This document shows, one piece after another, positions 1-12,213 of a DNA stretch of 64,000 bases. The notes beneath the pieces were generated by a model. That model worked only from the letters and a program-made list of their open reading frames with translations. It ran no database searches and was not told the origin of the DNA. The translations under genes and the position numbers were made by a program. Location: positions 124,001 to 188,000 of the forward strand of contig JAQGDQ010000262.1 of the NCBI GenBank assembly GCA_030141605.1, given 5' to 3'. The DNA is from Tubiluchus corallicola. Taxonomy: Eukaryota; Animalia; Priapulida. How positions within the stretch are numbered: the first letter of the stretch is position 1; each line of letters starts with the position of its first letter.

Positions 1-941
1 GCGGTGCACGAGGCGGACGGGGTGCATCCTCGGGGTCTTGGGGAGGAAAAACTTCCTCACAGCGAAGACGTAACGCGCGAGGTGCAGACAGGCCATTCCG
101 TGGAGGTAGAGAGAGACGAGGTCGCACTCAGTCACGAGGTCAGGCTCGCGGAGGAGGAAACAGGGAAGGTCGATACGGCAGATCGTTTAAACGATGATTC
201 CTTTGTATTCATTGTACATAAACGTGTAAATTAAATTAGATGCATAGAATAGATGCATTAGATAATACTATGTAAATAATTATATTCTTTAATAAAGATA
301 ATACAATTTGACAATAAAGACTTCAGTAAATTTGTAATTAAAGCACTGTAATTAATTCACTCAATCAGATAAACATCAAACCATAATAACTATCACAGAA
401 TAAACATTTGGCAACATGAAACTTTTACATGTTAATTTGATTGGTTACTTCAAATTACAATGACAAAATCCCAATTTTAGACTTTTACATGGAATAACTT
501 TTTTCAATTTGCGTTCGTTCGTTTAAAAAATATTTAAACTACAACTATAATTGATTTTCATGGTGATAAATTTGTGACACTATAGCTCTGTTCATCGTTA
601 AAAACTAATTCATAGTCATAGAATATTTGTTTACTGAAAACATTGTTATGAACATAACATAACATATCATCTACAGGTGATGCTCGAAGGTTTGCAACCA
701 CGTTAAAGACCTGTGATTAGCCTGATTAACCAGGCCAGTCTAAGCATCTTAACAACCCACTCACCAGTTAACCAACTCACGGAGTGACCTCTGTTTTAAT
801 GCTTTACCTGGTATAACGAATTCGGGGGAAAAAATCTAGAGAAAACTTATAAAAGGTTCGCACAAGATTTTATCCTGGTAAAAATTTTCCACATGTTGCA
901 CTGCCGAGCATTGTGATGGGTAAATTTATGATTACAATGCT

Positions 942-1295
942 TTGCGGAGGAGGTCAAGTGACCCAACGGCTGTAGGAGTAAACCTTCCAAATCAGGAGTG
1001 GAGCCCGGAAGGCGGACCAGTGCAGCATGCTCACTGACTCCGGCAGCTCCTGCAGCCAACCTGGTGCCAAACGTATCGCTCCGCTTTCCTTTGGACTACA
1101 CCAGTGAGGAGGGGGGGGGGGGGTTCGTGTTGTCTGTGCAACTCAGGAACTCCATACACCTTGCCCAGGCGTGCGCCCTGGAGAGGCCATTCCAGTACTG
1201 CCCAGCCACAGTCGACGCTGCAGCTCCATCAATGTGATCAATAACTGACTCTTGGCGCAAACTCCATTGTCTTCCGAGACAGAAGCATACCAACA
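942..1295 (+). mobile_element. Short non-autonomous retroposon (SINE-like, possibly Ingi/Vingi-related) with (CAA)n tail
   Basis: GC-rich ~350 bp; second copy inverted at 52562-52915; flanked by ACAATGCT direct repeats (934-941, 1296-1303). Confidence 0.7.
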
Positions 1296-1926
1296 ACAAT
1301 GCTCAAACCAAAAAATATTTGGGCGATAATTGCAAACTGACATCACATAAGAACTACACAACTAATATCACATCCGATTATAATATCATTCCTAAAATGC
1401 TATAAATATTGTTATTAATACTACTTTTACTCTACAACTGTAAAATGTTTCGCTCGGCTGTTACTGAACACAGCTTGGGAATCACGACATGCTCATAAAC
1501 GAGACCATACTTTCTAAATTACACTACTTTGATTCTTAATGCATTAATTATATTAAAGAAAACATCACTGGTATAATTTCACAAGTCTTCATCAATTATC
1601 AATTAATGATAAACACCAAGTAACAGAAGCGATAACAATAAAATAGATAAAAATTGTTGCTACAAAATATGGATATTAAAAGCACGATCACAAAAAGGCA
1701 CTTTAGTAACGAATTTGTAACTAATAATAAAGAAATAACCCACTTATTTACCTGTAAAACTGACACAGGATCGAGCTACCTATAAAATCGATTTTTTTGT
1801 TAATAAATGCACAGCCTTTCATGCATAGCAATGTAACATTGATTATTAGTTTTTCATTGATAGGTATATCATTTAAACATTACTAAATTTTAAGATGCCA
1901 GGCTGACGGCTTTATTTAACAGCAAA

Positions 1927-3780
1927 TCACATTTCTTTGATGCAGTGAAAAGTTTGCACCATAGTATCCATAGCGGGTCGCTTGTGTGATTTTGCATTAG
2001 TGCACTCGATTGCGAAATTTATGCAAGTCACCGCTTTTCTAACGTCCTCAGCTACTTGTACTTCATCGCCACCTGAGCGACTCTTTCTGATGTTTTCATC
2101 AACGATGGCAGCTTTTTCTTCTTTACTATTCAGACGTTCGATTAAGTCAACAAGTGTAACTGGCTTCCTCTGCTTGTCAAAGGCTCTCTGCCCAGTAAGC
2201 ATTTCAAGCACAACCACTCCAAAGCCGTACACGTCTACAGCTGGGCATAACTTGCCACTTTGCAGGTAGTCAATTGGCAAATAAGCCCCAGTATCTCTGG
2301 TACGGCTCATCGTATGCGTGTTTCGAGCTGCATCAACTTGCGCTGCTAATCCATAATCTGCTACCTTGGCAGTCATATTAGCATCGAGAAGTATATTTGT
2401 GGTCTTAATATTTCCGTGTACGATATTTCTCTTATGCAAGTAGAGCAGACCACATGCAGCGTCACACATGATTGATTCCCGTTCTCTCCAACTTAAAGGA
2501 GACCTATTCTTACAAGTCAGTTTGTCCAGTAATGAACCATTTTCCATGTACTCGTAAACCAAACATGACTTTGCTTCCTCCACATTGTAACAAAGTAGCC
2601 TCGTGACATTAACATGACTGCATTTACACAACTCATCTAACGCTCTGCGTAACTCCTTAGACTTCCAGTCGTATCTCTCAAACAACCCCATTTTCTGCAT
2701 TATGACTTTGACTGAAACCTTTCTATTTTCCAGATTGCCTAAGAAAACAGTTCCATACGTACCTTCGCCAGTTTTACAGGCAAAATCACTAGTAGCTTCA
2801 CAAATTTTCTGAAAACAAACTGCATGTGATGCATCAGCTTCTACGAGCTTGACAGAATCCTGCACAGACTCCTTATTTTCTATAGATAAAGATAAAAGTA
2901 ATGCTTGTGTACGTTCATTAGCACTTATCTCAGAATGTGAAACTTGAGCATTTTGCGCACTAGCTGATCCGCCCAAGGATGTTTGAGAAACATCATGGAT
3001 GAATGAATCAATTTTGTCCTTGTTGAAAGACAGAAACCTCTCCTCACTTTCATTCGAGTTACATGAAACCAGATGCTTTCCGAAGCTGGTTTCCCACAAG
3101 CTATCATCACACAACAACGGGCCTTCGTCACTTTCAACTGGGCCATTGTCTGAAACATGATATGTGTCTTCAACCGGGTTATTTCTCACATCATGGCTTG
3201 TATCCTGCACAGGAACGACAGCAGTCTTTTTAATAAAAGGCTCGCCATTGCTAGCAGAAGCGAAATTGGCATTGTTTTCAGTGGAAATGCTGTTACTGGC
3301 ATTGTTTTCAGTGGAAATGCTTTTACTGGCATTGTTAGTCATCGATGTGAATATGGATGGCCTGCAGCTGGCACACATTGACCCTCCTAAACTTGGCGGT
3401 CTGTTAGAATTGTAGGAACCAGCAGGATTCGACCGTGCAGTTACGTCACATGTTCCAGTAGTGGGCTGTGTCTCACATAGATAATGATATTTTGCATCTA
3501 CACACTCCTTCAAGTATCTGGCATGACCTGGCTTTCCTAATTCACAAAGAATCAGATACAAATCAGTTTCATCACCCATGTTTGCAAACTTCCATTCCTC
3601 CAGTACTCTCTCTGATGGACTTTTACCTTGTCGTATTTCCACATTTTGAATTCGTGCTAGGACCTTTTGCGGTAAGCGGAGTCTGGCTGCTAACTGCACA
3701 TAAAAATCTGGGTCAGCATCCATACTTTGATAAAGTCCGTACCAAATCCTGAAATTTTCTAAACCGTTAGGTTTCGGCAT
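1927..3780 (-). CDS. IRAK: IRAK1/Pelle-like protein: N-terminal death domain, linker with TRAF6-binding motifs, C-terminal kinase fold, probably a pseudokinase (617 aa, single coding exon)
   Basis: DD motifs (LAARL..., SPSERVLEEW, DLYLILCELG); kinase G-loop GEGTYGTV, VSVK, IRAK-type Tyr gatekeeper CLVYEYMENGSL, LSWRER, HGNIKTTNILLD, ADYG, AYLPIDY (cf. IRAK1 AYLPEEY), DVYGFGVVVLEMLTG, KRPAM. Confidence 0.92.
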   Translation of the reverse strand: MPKPNGLENFRIWYGLYQSMDADPDFYVQLAARLRLPQKVLARIQNVEIRQGKSPSERVLEEWKFANMGDETDLYLILCELGKPGHARYLKECVDAKYHYLCETQPTTGTCDVTARSNPAGSYNSNRPPSLGGSMCASCRPSIFTSMTNNASKSISTENNASNSISTENNANFASASNGEPFIKKTAVVPVQDTSHDVRNNPVEDTYHVSDNGPVESDEGPLLCDDSLWETSFGKHLVSCNSNESEERFLSFNKDKIDSFIHDVSQTSLGGSASAQNAQVSHSEISANERTQALLLSLSIENKESVQDSVKLVEADASHAVCFQKICEATSDFACKTGEGTYGTVFLGNLENRKVSVKVIMQKMGLFERYDWKSKELRRALDELCKCSHVNVTRLLCYNVEEAKSCLVYEYMENGSLLDKLTCKNRSPLSWRERESIMCDAACGLLYLHKRNIVHGNIKTTNILLDANMTAKVADYGLAAQVDAARNTHTMSRTRDTGAYLPIDYLQSGKLCPAVDVYGFGVVVLEMLTGQRAFDKQRKPVTLVDLIERLNSKEEKAAIVDENIRKSRSGGDEVQVAEDVRKAVTCINFAIECTNAKSHKRPAMDTMVQTFHCIKEM

Positions 3781-3886
3781 GGCTAGGGATTTAGTTCTTT
3801 CCGGTTATCCCAGAATGTGTTATGATAAGATGAATCGTCAATATCTATGATTGGTGTCTCTCCTGGCTTCTAGTATTATTACTTTC

Positions 3887-3968
3887 CTGAAACACATTTG
3901 CGGAACATTAGTTCAAAATTTTTTCAAGATCATTACAGCAAATTTACTCAAAAAGCAACATAACTTAC
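3887..3968 (-). other. Predicted 82-nt 5'UTR intron of the IRAK-like gene; a further upstream donor lies at ~4545-4550
   Basis: Minus strand reads gtaagt...aactaat...tgtttcag; an in-frame stop lies between the acceptor and the ATG; the donor is kept as gtgagt in paralogs 2 and 4. Confidence 0.6.
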
Positions 3969-5427
3969 AATTAGAATTAGATTGTTCATAACACAAAGAT
4001 TGTGCTACAGTATTGTTCTTTCACTGGGTTTTCAAATTATGTGCAGCATAATGTAGTTAGACGATAAAAATGTTATTACAAGCAATTTACAATCTTAATC
4101 ATTTAATGTGAAGATGTAAAAATAAAACTAGAAGTAGAACCAGGGAAAGAAATGAAAGGTAGATGTCCCAGGTTAGCAGTTAACTCATTTCAAAATATAT
4201 ATACCACCAAAAAGTCATAGTTTTTAAATGGAATGCAACTCGAACAATTTTAACTGAGTCGAAAAAAATTTTGCTCGGACCATTCTATCTATACTGACTA
4301 TAGTATAAATTCAAAATACAGACCTGTGTATGATTCATTAAGTTGTAAGTACTGATCACATTACGTCAGTTAGCCACAGATAATTAAATGTCATCATCTA
4401 ACGTCTGTTACATCAACTGAGCAAGAATTTTATTTCTCTAACAAAATGAGCAAAAACTTAATATACAAGGCGGTGAACAGACTTGGCTTTTGCATAAAAA
4501 GCTTTAAGGAATTAGCAGAAACCTTCTCTTGCATCCGCTTAGGCACTTACATGATCAAGCACTCGAATGAAATGTATTCTTGACGACTACTCACTCATAG
4601 TTAACAAATGCTATGACCGAAGCGTTTTCCTGATTTCTTTGGTTTCGCTAGAGAAGGCAATTACGAATAGCTGTTAATGATTTCTACTATCATTAATGAT
4701 ATTGCAAAATCCATAAACATCGATAGTAGAGCCTTTGACGTCTGAATAATTTTTTTCTCCAAAATACTAAAACAGTTAAATTGTCAGTGTTATAGGCTAT
4801 TCACTGCATGTTCTGATAATACAAAATATACTCGTAAGGTATTTCTTCAAACTGACAGAAACAAACAGTCGTGCAAGGTGCCTGACTCGGTCTGAATTCT
4901 GGTCAATTATTGGGTGGTTACTTCACCTTTCAGCCAAACATTTCCTGAACTGGTTTGGCCTGAAGTTTGGGCGTGGACGCGTGGTAAAATCGTCAAAAAA
5001 TTGAACTGATTCCAGTCTTACATTTATAGTTTGTTTCAAAACTTAGGCTGCTTTTTCAATTACCCTTCTGTACACAAAGAAAACGCAGTAAACATTTTGG
5101 TCTCGACACATTTTTGCCCCCTTTTAGTAACGGTGCGTTCTTTGACTCCTAACAGCCACGGATAGTATTACTGGACATTGTTATAATCACGTTTTTCCTC
5201 TAGTTCGTTTCAAACTACCTCATAGCGCAACTTCCTCGTTCATTCCCTACAAGCTTGCCATTGTCTTTAATCTTTAACATAGATCGTATGTATGCTTACA
5301 AAATTTTAAAACTATACTGACACTAACACTATACTGATAATCATACTGCCCAAAGCAAAATAAACAATCTACATAATTATATTGTCCCGACATTCAATCC
5401 TTCTTAGAACATCATAGCTGGAACGAA

Positions 5428-6218
5428 TGTTCTCTGCCCAAACAAATCCGAGGTTCATATGACTTCTATGACATTTTTTTGCTTTTTTGGTGTTATTTTT
5501 CTGTTACTTTTTCGTCTGATGCCATACCGGGTCGGTCTTATGAAAAATGGAAGTTCACAAGTAATCAACTTTCGTCAATGTGCATCTGAAACTTCTACCA
5601 AGATGAAAATTCAAGGTGGCAGAAGGTCGCAAAACTGCTACTGAATAATAGTTATTATATCCATTAGCCAATGCTGACCCAACAATTCTTTAAGACTACG
5701 GAAGGAACACCACAGAAACACATATACCTCGTTTCCGTTGATATCATTTCGTTCAGTTCCCGCAGTTGAAAATTCTGCAAAATTTCCAGTTATTCTTGCA
5801 TGTGGCCTACCACGAGCAAGTGTGTTCTCTGCCCAAACAAATCCGAGGTTCATATGACTTCTATGACATTTTTTGCTTTTTTGGTGTTATTTTTCTGTTA
5901 CTTTTTCGTCTGATGCCATACCGGGTCGGTCTTATGAAAAATGGAAGTTCACAAGTAATCAACTTTCGTCAATGTGCATCTGAAACTTCTACCAAGATGA
6001 AAATTCAAGGTGGCAGAAGGTCGCAAAACTGCTATTGAATAATAGTTATTATATCCATTAGCCAATGCTGACCCAACAATTCTTTAAGACTACGGAAGGA
6101 ACACCACAGAAACACATATACCTCGTTTCCATTGATATCATTTCGTTCAGTTCCCGCAGTTGAAAATTCTGCAAAATTTCCAGTTATTCTTGCATGTGGC
6201 CTACCACGAGCAAGTGTG
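5428..6218. repeat. Two-copy tandem duplication, ~395-bp unit
   Basis: tgttctctgcccaaac... starts at 5428 and 5823; units nearly identical. Confidence 0.95.
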
Positions 6219-6610
6219 AATGTCAGCTATACTTTCTGAATGGGAAGGAGACTTTCGACAGCACAGTTTGTTTATTGGCCGTTTGACAATTAGCAGCTAC
6301 GAATTTCATAATGTTCTTATGTGTTATGTAAATGATACATCCACACTGTCAAACCATCACCATCACCAGTTTGAGCATTTGGCATAAAATTTGCCTAAAA
6401 TGATTTTTTGAACAGTTCTTTAGTAGCTTATACACGCCGTTCAAAACTTGTGCTGTGCCATCCTATACTTTGAAGCGCCTGCAGTTGACTATCGAAATGG
6501 TTGACCTTTTAAGACTATTTCATATAGATTTTTTAACGCTATAGAGGTTTACTAAAGCTGATTATTTAAAAATAAACAAGAATTTAGCTTAGATAGCTCA
6601 AACCCATTAT

Positions 6611-8262
6611 ATTCTGAACCCCCATTTCGGTTTTTGTCCACTGTTGGGGTCCGGGATCAGTTAATCTGCTGTGCATATAACTTGTCTAACCGACCATTCA
6701 ATTTATAACATCTAGACATCTCGTTTCATGTACTTCAAGCCACTTTCGCAAGAAACGTACCAGCTTGAAAGACTTACGTAACTAGAAAAGAAAATTATTA
6801 ATTATTTAAAATGTTTTCACCAATTGGTAAATACTGACTCAGTATGTAAGTGGTATAAAATTTCAAGACGAATTTTTTAAGCTTCATGTAAGTGTAGGGT
6901 TTTCTTGTGTTTTAAGCCCTATTCGTGGAATGTGTTCAAATAGTCATGCTTCGCAGCGACTAGTAGCTACAACCCCGTGAGCCTTGCCTCAAGGCAGCGC
7001 ATGCACAAAGAAACTTGCTATGAAGCCACAACCTCCGTGAATCGGCTTCGGAAATGTGGCGTTGTCACATGACGTTGTATGTTGAAGATGTTGGAGTAAT
7101 GTGGCATTCGCATGCTAAGAATAAAGTTGTTGAAATTGTTAACAGCTATTAGTTTCTTATGATTTGCTGCAGTAAAAATGCTGGCTTACTGCACTGATTA
7201 TAATGTCATAGAAGACAGATAAACGAATTATTCTGTATGTCGAAAATCTGTACTGCTAAAAGTCAGCGCAATCGTGTGTTAATCCTTGACAGATGTGTTA
7301 TTTTGGCAATGCGTAGTCTGGTGGTCGAAAGCGCTTTCTAGTAAAATAACGTTACACGGTGCAATTGGACGTGGTTTATCAGGTACCGGTTAAACAAAAT
7401 TGGAAAGAGACTAGGACGCTTTAATAATTACTATTGTGTAGTGGGTCACTTAACTTTGCATCGTGATTCTGTTCCAATGGGCAATGCAGAAGGTAAATAA
7501 ATGTGCAGACTTTGCTTTATGATAAACGATGGTTGTTAATTACGTAATTTTCAGGTTTAACTTTCCCTGAATTGGTTTGCAAAGATTATGCCAAGTTGTT
7601 ACCGGTTGATATTATACGTAATTAAAGAAGTTCTGTGATGCGTGAATTCTGCTGTTATTCCAGCAAGCTTTCCTATGAAAGCTACCCCAAAGTTGAACAC
7701 ATTTCGTCGACTTCAAATTATATCTCCTATCCAGAGAGTTATTCGGCGCCTAGGAAGTGACGACAGTAGGCATGAATGGTGATGAAAAGATTATTGTCTC
7801 CTGTATGTGATTTTATGTCAACCAGCGTTGAACAGAAGAGGATACCAGGCAACAACTTTCTTAATGTGCTTCCGTTCCAGTGTATTAGGTAAATAAAAAA
7901 CATTAAATTACTTTATTAGACGTGAAAGTTTCGTAAATATGCAAACTTTACAACCAGTGCATAGCTACTTCTATGTAAACTGTGTATTGCCCCTGTCACG
8001 TATAAATATTCTACAGACCAACCCTAACAGGGTCAGGCATTTATTGGTTTCTCAAGAAACATTTGGAACTCGTAACGTGGTACTCGACCCACACATTATG
8101 GTATTCATTTTTAGTCATTTCTTTACTGGCTTGCTTCAAATTAAGTACAATCGATGGAAAGAGAGAATTGTGTTTTCTGACTTCCGCTGTAATTAGATCT
8201 GTAAAAGAACAATTACAAAAAGATTAGTAGAAAGAAAGTGATTTCGATAGAGTTTCTTGATA
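6611..8262. repeat. Segmental duplication block (other copy 20951-22667)
   Basis: Colinear high-identity match beginning attctgaacccc. Confidence 0.9.
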
Positions 8263-8446
8263 AAATGTTTCAAATTCTTTCAAATATAATGCTGATTTAT
8301 TTTATTAATTCAAAGAATGTCATTGCTACAGCAGTAGCAGAAAAATCAGTTAAGCAGATACTATTGGTTTCACCGCTGTGCTCATTCATACGCTATTCTT
8401 CTGGGCCATTGTCCAAATCATGACATGTGTCTTTTAGCCCGGTGTC

Positions 8447-8842
8447 TCAGACCGTGGTTTGTTTGGAAGAAATGTAGGAACCAGCAGGATTCGACCATGC
8501 AGTTACGACACATGTTCCAGTAGTGGGCTGTGTCTCACATAGATAATGATGTTTTGCATCTACACACTCCTTCAAGTATCTGGCATGACCTGGCTTTCCT
8601 AATTCACAAAGAATCAGATACAATTTAGTTTCATCACCCATGTTTGCAAACTTCCATATCTCCATTACTCTCTCTGATGAACTTTTACCTTGTCGTATTT
8701 CCACGTTTTGAATTCGTGCTACGACCTTCTGCGGTAAGCCGAGTCTGGCTGCTAACTGCACATAAAAATCTGGATCAGCATCCATACTTTGATAAAGTTC
8801 GTACCAAATCCTGAAATTTTCTAAACCGTTAGGATTCGGCAT
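8447..8842 (-). CDS. Death-domain-only IRAK paralog (copy 2, 131 aa, no kinase); could be a young pseudogene
   Basis: About 90% aa identity to residues 1-125 of the 617-aa protein; ATG context and 5'UTR intron retained; ORF intact to a new stop. Confidence 0.65.
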   Translation of the reverse strand: MPNPNGLENFRIWYELYQSMDADPDFYVQLAARLGLPQKVVARIQNVEIRQGKSSSERVMEIWKFANMGDETKLYLILCELGKPGHARYLKECVDAKHHYLCETQPTTGTCVVTAWSNPAGSYISSKQTTV

Positions 8843-9231
8843 GGCTAGAGATTTAGTTCTTTCCAGTTATCCCAGAATGTGTTATGATGAGATGAATCGT
8901 CAATACCTATGATTGGTGTCTGCCCTGGCTTCTAGTATTATTACTTTCCTGAAACACATTTGCAGAACATTAGTTCGAAATTTTGTTCAAGATCATTACG
9001 GCAAGTTTACTCAAAAAGCAACATAACTCACAATAAGAATTAGTTCGTTCATAACACAAAGATTGCGCTACAGTATTCTTCTTTCACTGGGTTTCAAATT
9101 ATGTGCAGCATAATGTAGTTAGACGACAAAAATGTTATTACAAGCAATTTACAATCTTAATCATTTAATGCAAAGATGTAAAACTAGAACCGGGTAAAGA
9201 AATAAAAGGCAGATGCCCCAGGTTAGCAGTT

Positions 9232-9746
9232 GGGACGTATGATCACGACCCCTCGGGCGAACCAGACTATTGATGACATCACAAACTAACATAATTTTCA
9301 ACAACAAAAACATTCCATTAGCGTGTTGCACATATTTGTGAAAGAGAAAGTTGAAGTGTAGTGCTACTGTAAGATATTCACTGTGTTGTATTAAAACTAG
9401 CCATGTTTTAAGCTAAAAATTCAAATTTCAAATTCACCGCTGTGCTCATGCATAAGCTATCAAACGTGTGCGATTCGTCACAAACTAACACATCTGAGCT
9501 AAGAGGTACAGCACCGATTTTTGTGCAATGCATTTCCGAAATGCAAGCGGTAGTGTCCGTCTAACTAGTGTATGGCAAAATGCATGTAACAGTGAAGAAC
9601 TAGTGGCGCGAACGCGAAATTGTGTTTGTGTGGTAATAATGCTTTTTTGTAAGGCATTCTTGAAAAAATAGTATATTTTCTTTCAAAATTTCAAAGAATA
9701 GGTTATTTTGACCTGCAGTTTAACATTGGGTCTGGTTTTACTTTAA
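9232..9746. mobile_element. Dispersed non-autonomous DNA-transposon-like repeat ending in TTAA (Kolobok-like); related copies at ~24480-24701, 25806-26321, 33030-33527 and 60392-60950 (inverted)
   Basis: Shared core tattgatgacatcacaaactaac...ctactgtaagatattc...gttcgcgccactag in five places; TTAA termini. Confidence 0.65.
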
Positions 9747-10295
9747 ATGAACAGTAATTTTACACTGTGGACGTGATAAAGAACAATAACACTAGTCCCT
9801 TACTCAGAAACTCAACGGTCCCTTATGCTAAGGGCCTCTCGTCTCTGGTTCCTAAACTGCAACAGTTTGTTCGTAATGCTCGTTGTTCTGTTGTTTCCCT
9901 TACAAACTTACTGTGGACGTTACAAGATACAAACAGCTGCTTGATAATTTTTTTGGCAACCACTTCGTTCCCAAATGTTCGGACTTCTAATCTGTGGAAT
10001 TCTACGTCAGAAAATAGTTTCCCCAAATATTAACCAAGATTCAGGATAAACGGCAATAGATACTTTCCATCACTAGCAAAATAGTTATATTAATTCTATT
10101 TTGGACACGTGCATTATTCATAATTTTACCTTCTGTCTGAAGCCATTGCTTTGAGGTAGCCATACCCGTGCTAAGGCAATTAGTATAAAACTTAAAAAAA
10201 GTTTTAATTAACTACGTCGTCTAGTCTCATGTTTCCTTTCAGTCTTCAAAGCTGTCATTGTGCTTGAATATTACACAGCATGCATTACACGAATG

Positions 10296-12213
10296 GGTCG
10301 ATACGGCAGATCGTTTAAACGATGATTCCTTTGTATTCATTGTACATAAATGTGTAAATTAAATTAGATGCATAGAATAGATGCATTTAATAATACTATG
10401 TAAATAATTATATTCTTTAATAAAGATAATACAATTTGACAATAAAGACTTCAGTAATTTGTAATTAAAGCACTGTAATTAATTCACTCAATCAGATAAA
10501 CATCAAACCATAATAACTATCACAGAATAAACATTTGGCAACATGAAACTTTTACATGTTAATTTGATTGATTACTTCAAATTACAATGACAAAATCCTA
10601 ATTTTAAACTTTAGTACATGGAATAACTTTTTTCCATTTGCATTCCTTCATTTAAAAAATATTTAAACTAGAGCTATAATTGATTTTCATGGTGATAAAT
10701 TTGTGACACTATAGCTCTGTTTATCTTTAAAAACCGGCTGTTTGTTTCACTCGGCTGTTGCTGAACGCAGCTTAGGAATCACGACATGCTCATAAACGAG
10801 ACCATACTTTCTAAATTACACTACTTTGATTCTTAATGCATTAATTATATTAAAGAAAACATCACTGGTATAATTTCACAAGTCTTCATCAATTATCAAT
10901 TAATGATAAACACCAAGTAACAGAAGCGATAACAATAAAATAGATAAAAATTGTTGCTACAAAATATGGAATTTAAAAGAACGATCACAAAAAGGCACTT
11001 TAGTAACGAATTTATAACTAATAATAAAGAAATAACCGACTTATTTATGTGTAAAATTGGTACAGGATCGATCTACCTATAAAATCGATTTTTTTTGTTA
11101 ATAAATGCACAGCCTTTTATGCGTAGCAATGTAAAATTGATTATTAGTTTTCATAGATACATATGTCATTTAAACACGTGTTCCAAATAGTGGGCTGTGT
11201 CTCACATAGATAATGATATTTTGCATCTACACACTCCTTCAAGTATCTGGCATGACCTGGCTTTCCTAATTCACAAAGAATCAGATACAAATCAGTTTCG
11301 TCACCCATGTTTGCAAACTTCCATTCCTGCAGTACTCTCTCTGATGGACTTTTACCTTGTCGTATTTCCACGTTTTGAATTCGTGCTACGACCTTCTGCA
11401 GTAAGCCGAGTCTGGCTGCTAACTGCATCCAAAAATCTGGATCAGCATCCATACTTTGATAAAGTTCGTACCAAATCCTGAAATTTTCTAAACGGTTTTT
11501 AGTTTTCGGCATGGCTAGGGATTTACTTCTTTCCAGTTATCCCAGAATGTGTTATGATAAGATGAATCGTCAATATAAATGATTGGTGTCTCCCCTGGCT
11601 TCTAGTATTATTACTTTCCTGAAACACATTTGCAGAACATTAGTTCAAAATTTTGTTCAAGATCATTACAGCAACTTTACTCAAAAAGCAACATAACTAC
11701 AATTAGAATTAGCTTGTTCATAACACAAAGATTGCGCTACAGTATTTTTTTCACTGGGTTTTCAAATTATGTGCACTTTAATGCAAAGATGTAAAACTAG
11801 AACCGGGTAAAGAAATGAAAGGCAGATGTCCCAGGTTAACATTTAACTCATTTCAAAATATATATACCACCAGAAAGTCATAGTTTTTAAATGGAATGCA
11901 ACTCGAACAATTTTAATTGAGTCGAAAATTTTTTTGCTCGGACCATTCTATCTAGATTAAATTAAAAATACAGACCTGTGTATGATACATTAAGTTGTAA
12001 GTACTGATCACATTACGTCAGTTAGTCACAGATAATTAAATGCGATCATCTAACGTCTGTTACATCAACTGAGCAAGAATTTTATTTCTCTAACAAGCTG
12101 AGCAAAAACTTAATATACAAGGCGGTGAACAGAATTGCCTTTTGGATAAAAAGCTTTAAGGAATTAGCAGAAACCTTCCCCTGCATCCGCTTAGGCACTT
12201 ACATGATCAAGCA
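10296..12213. repeat. Segmental duplicate of 168-4561 with internal gaps (lacks ~604-1445 and ~1880-3450)
   Basis: ggtcgatacggcagatcg... to ...acatgatcaagca are shared. Confidence 0.9.
11144..11512 (-). CDS. Death-domain-only IRAK paralog (copy 3, 122 aa) fused directly to the parental 3'UTR; could be a pseudogene
   Basis: Complete DD; ~1.57-kb deletion removes linker and kinase (parent ~1880 joined to ~3450). Confidence 0.65.
   Translation of the reverse strand: MPKTKNRLENFRIWYELYQSMDADPDFWMQLAARLGLLQKVVARIQNVEIRQGKSPSERVLQEWKFANMGDETDLYLILCELGKPGHARYLKECVDAKYHYLCETQPTIWNTCLNDICIYEN

Noticed and set aside
1982-3752. Plus-strand ORFs overlapping the IRAK gene and its copies
   Set aside because: Antisense shadows of the real CDS
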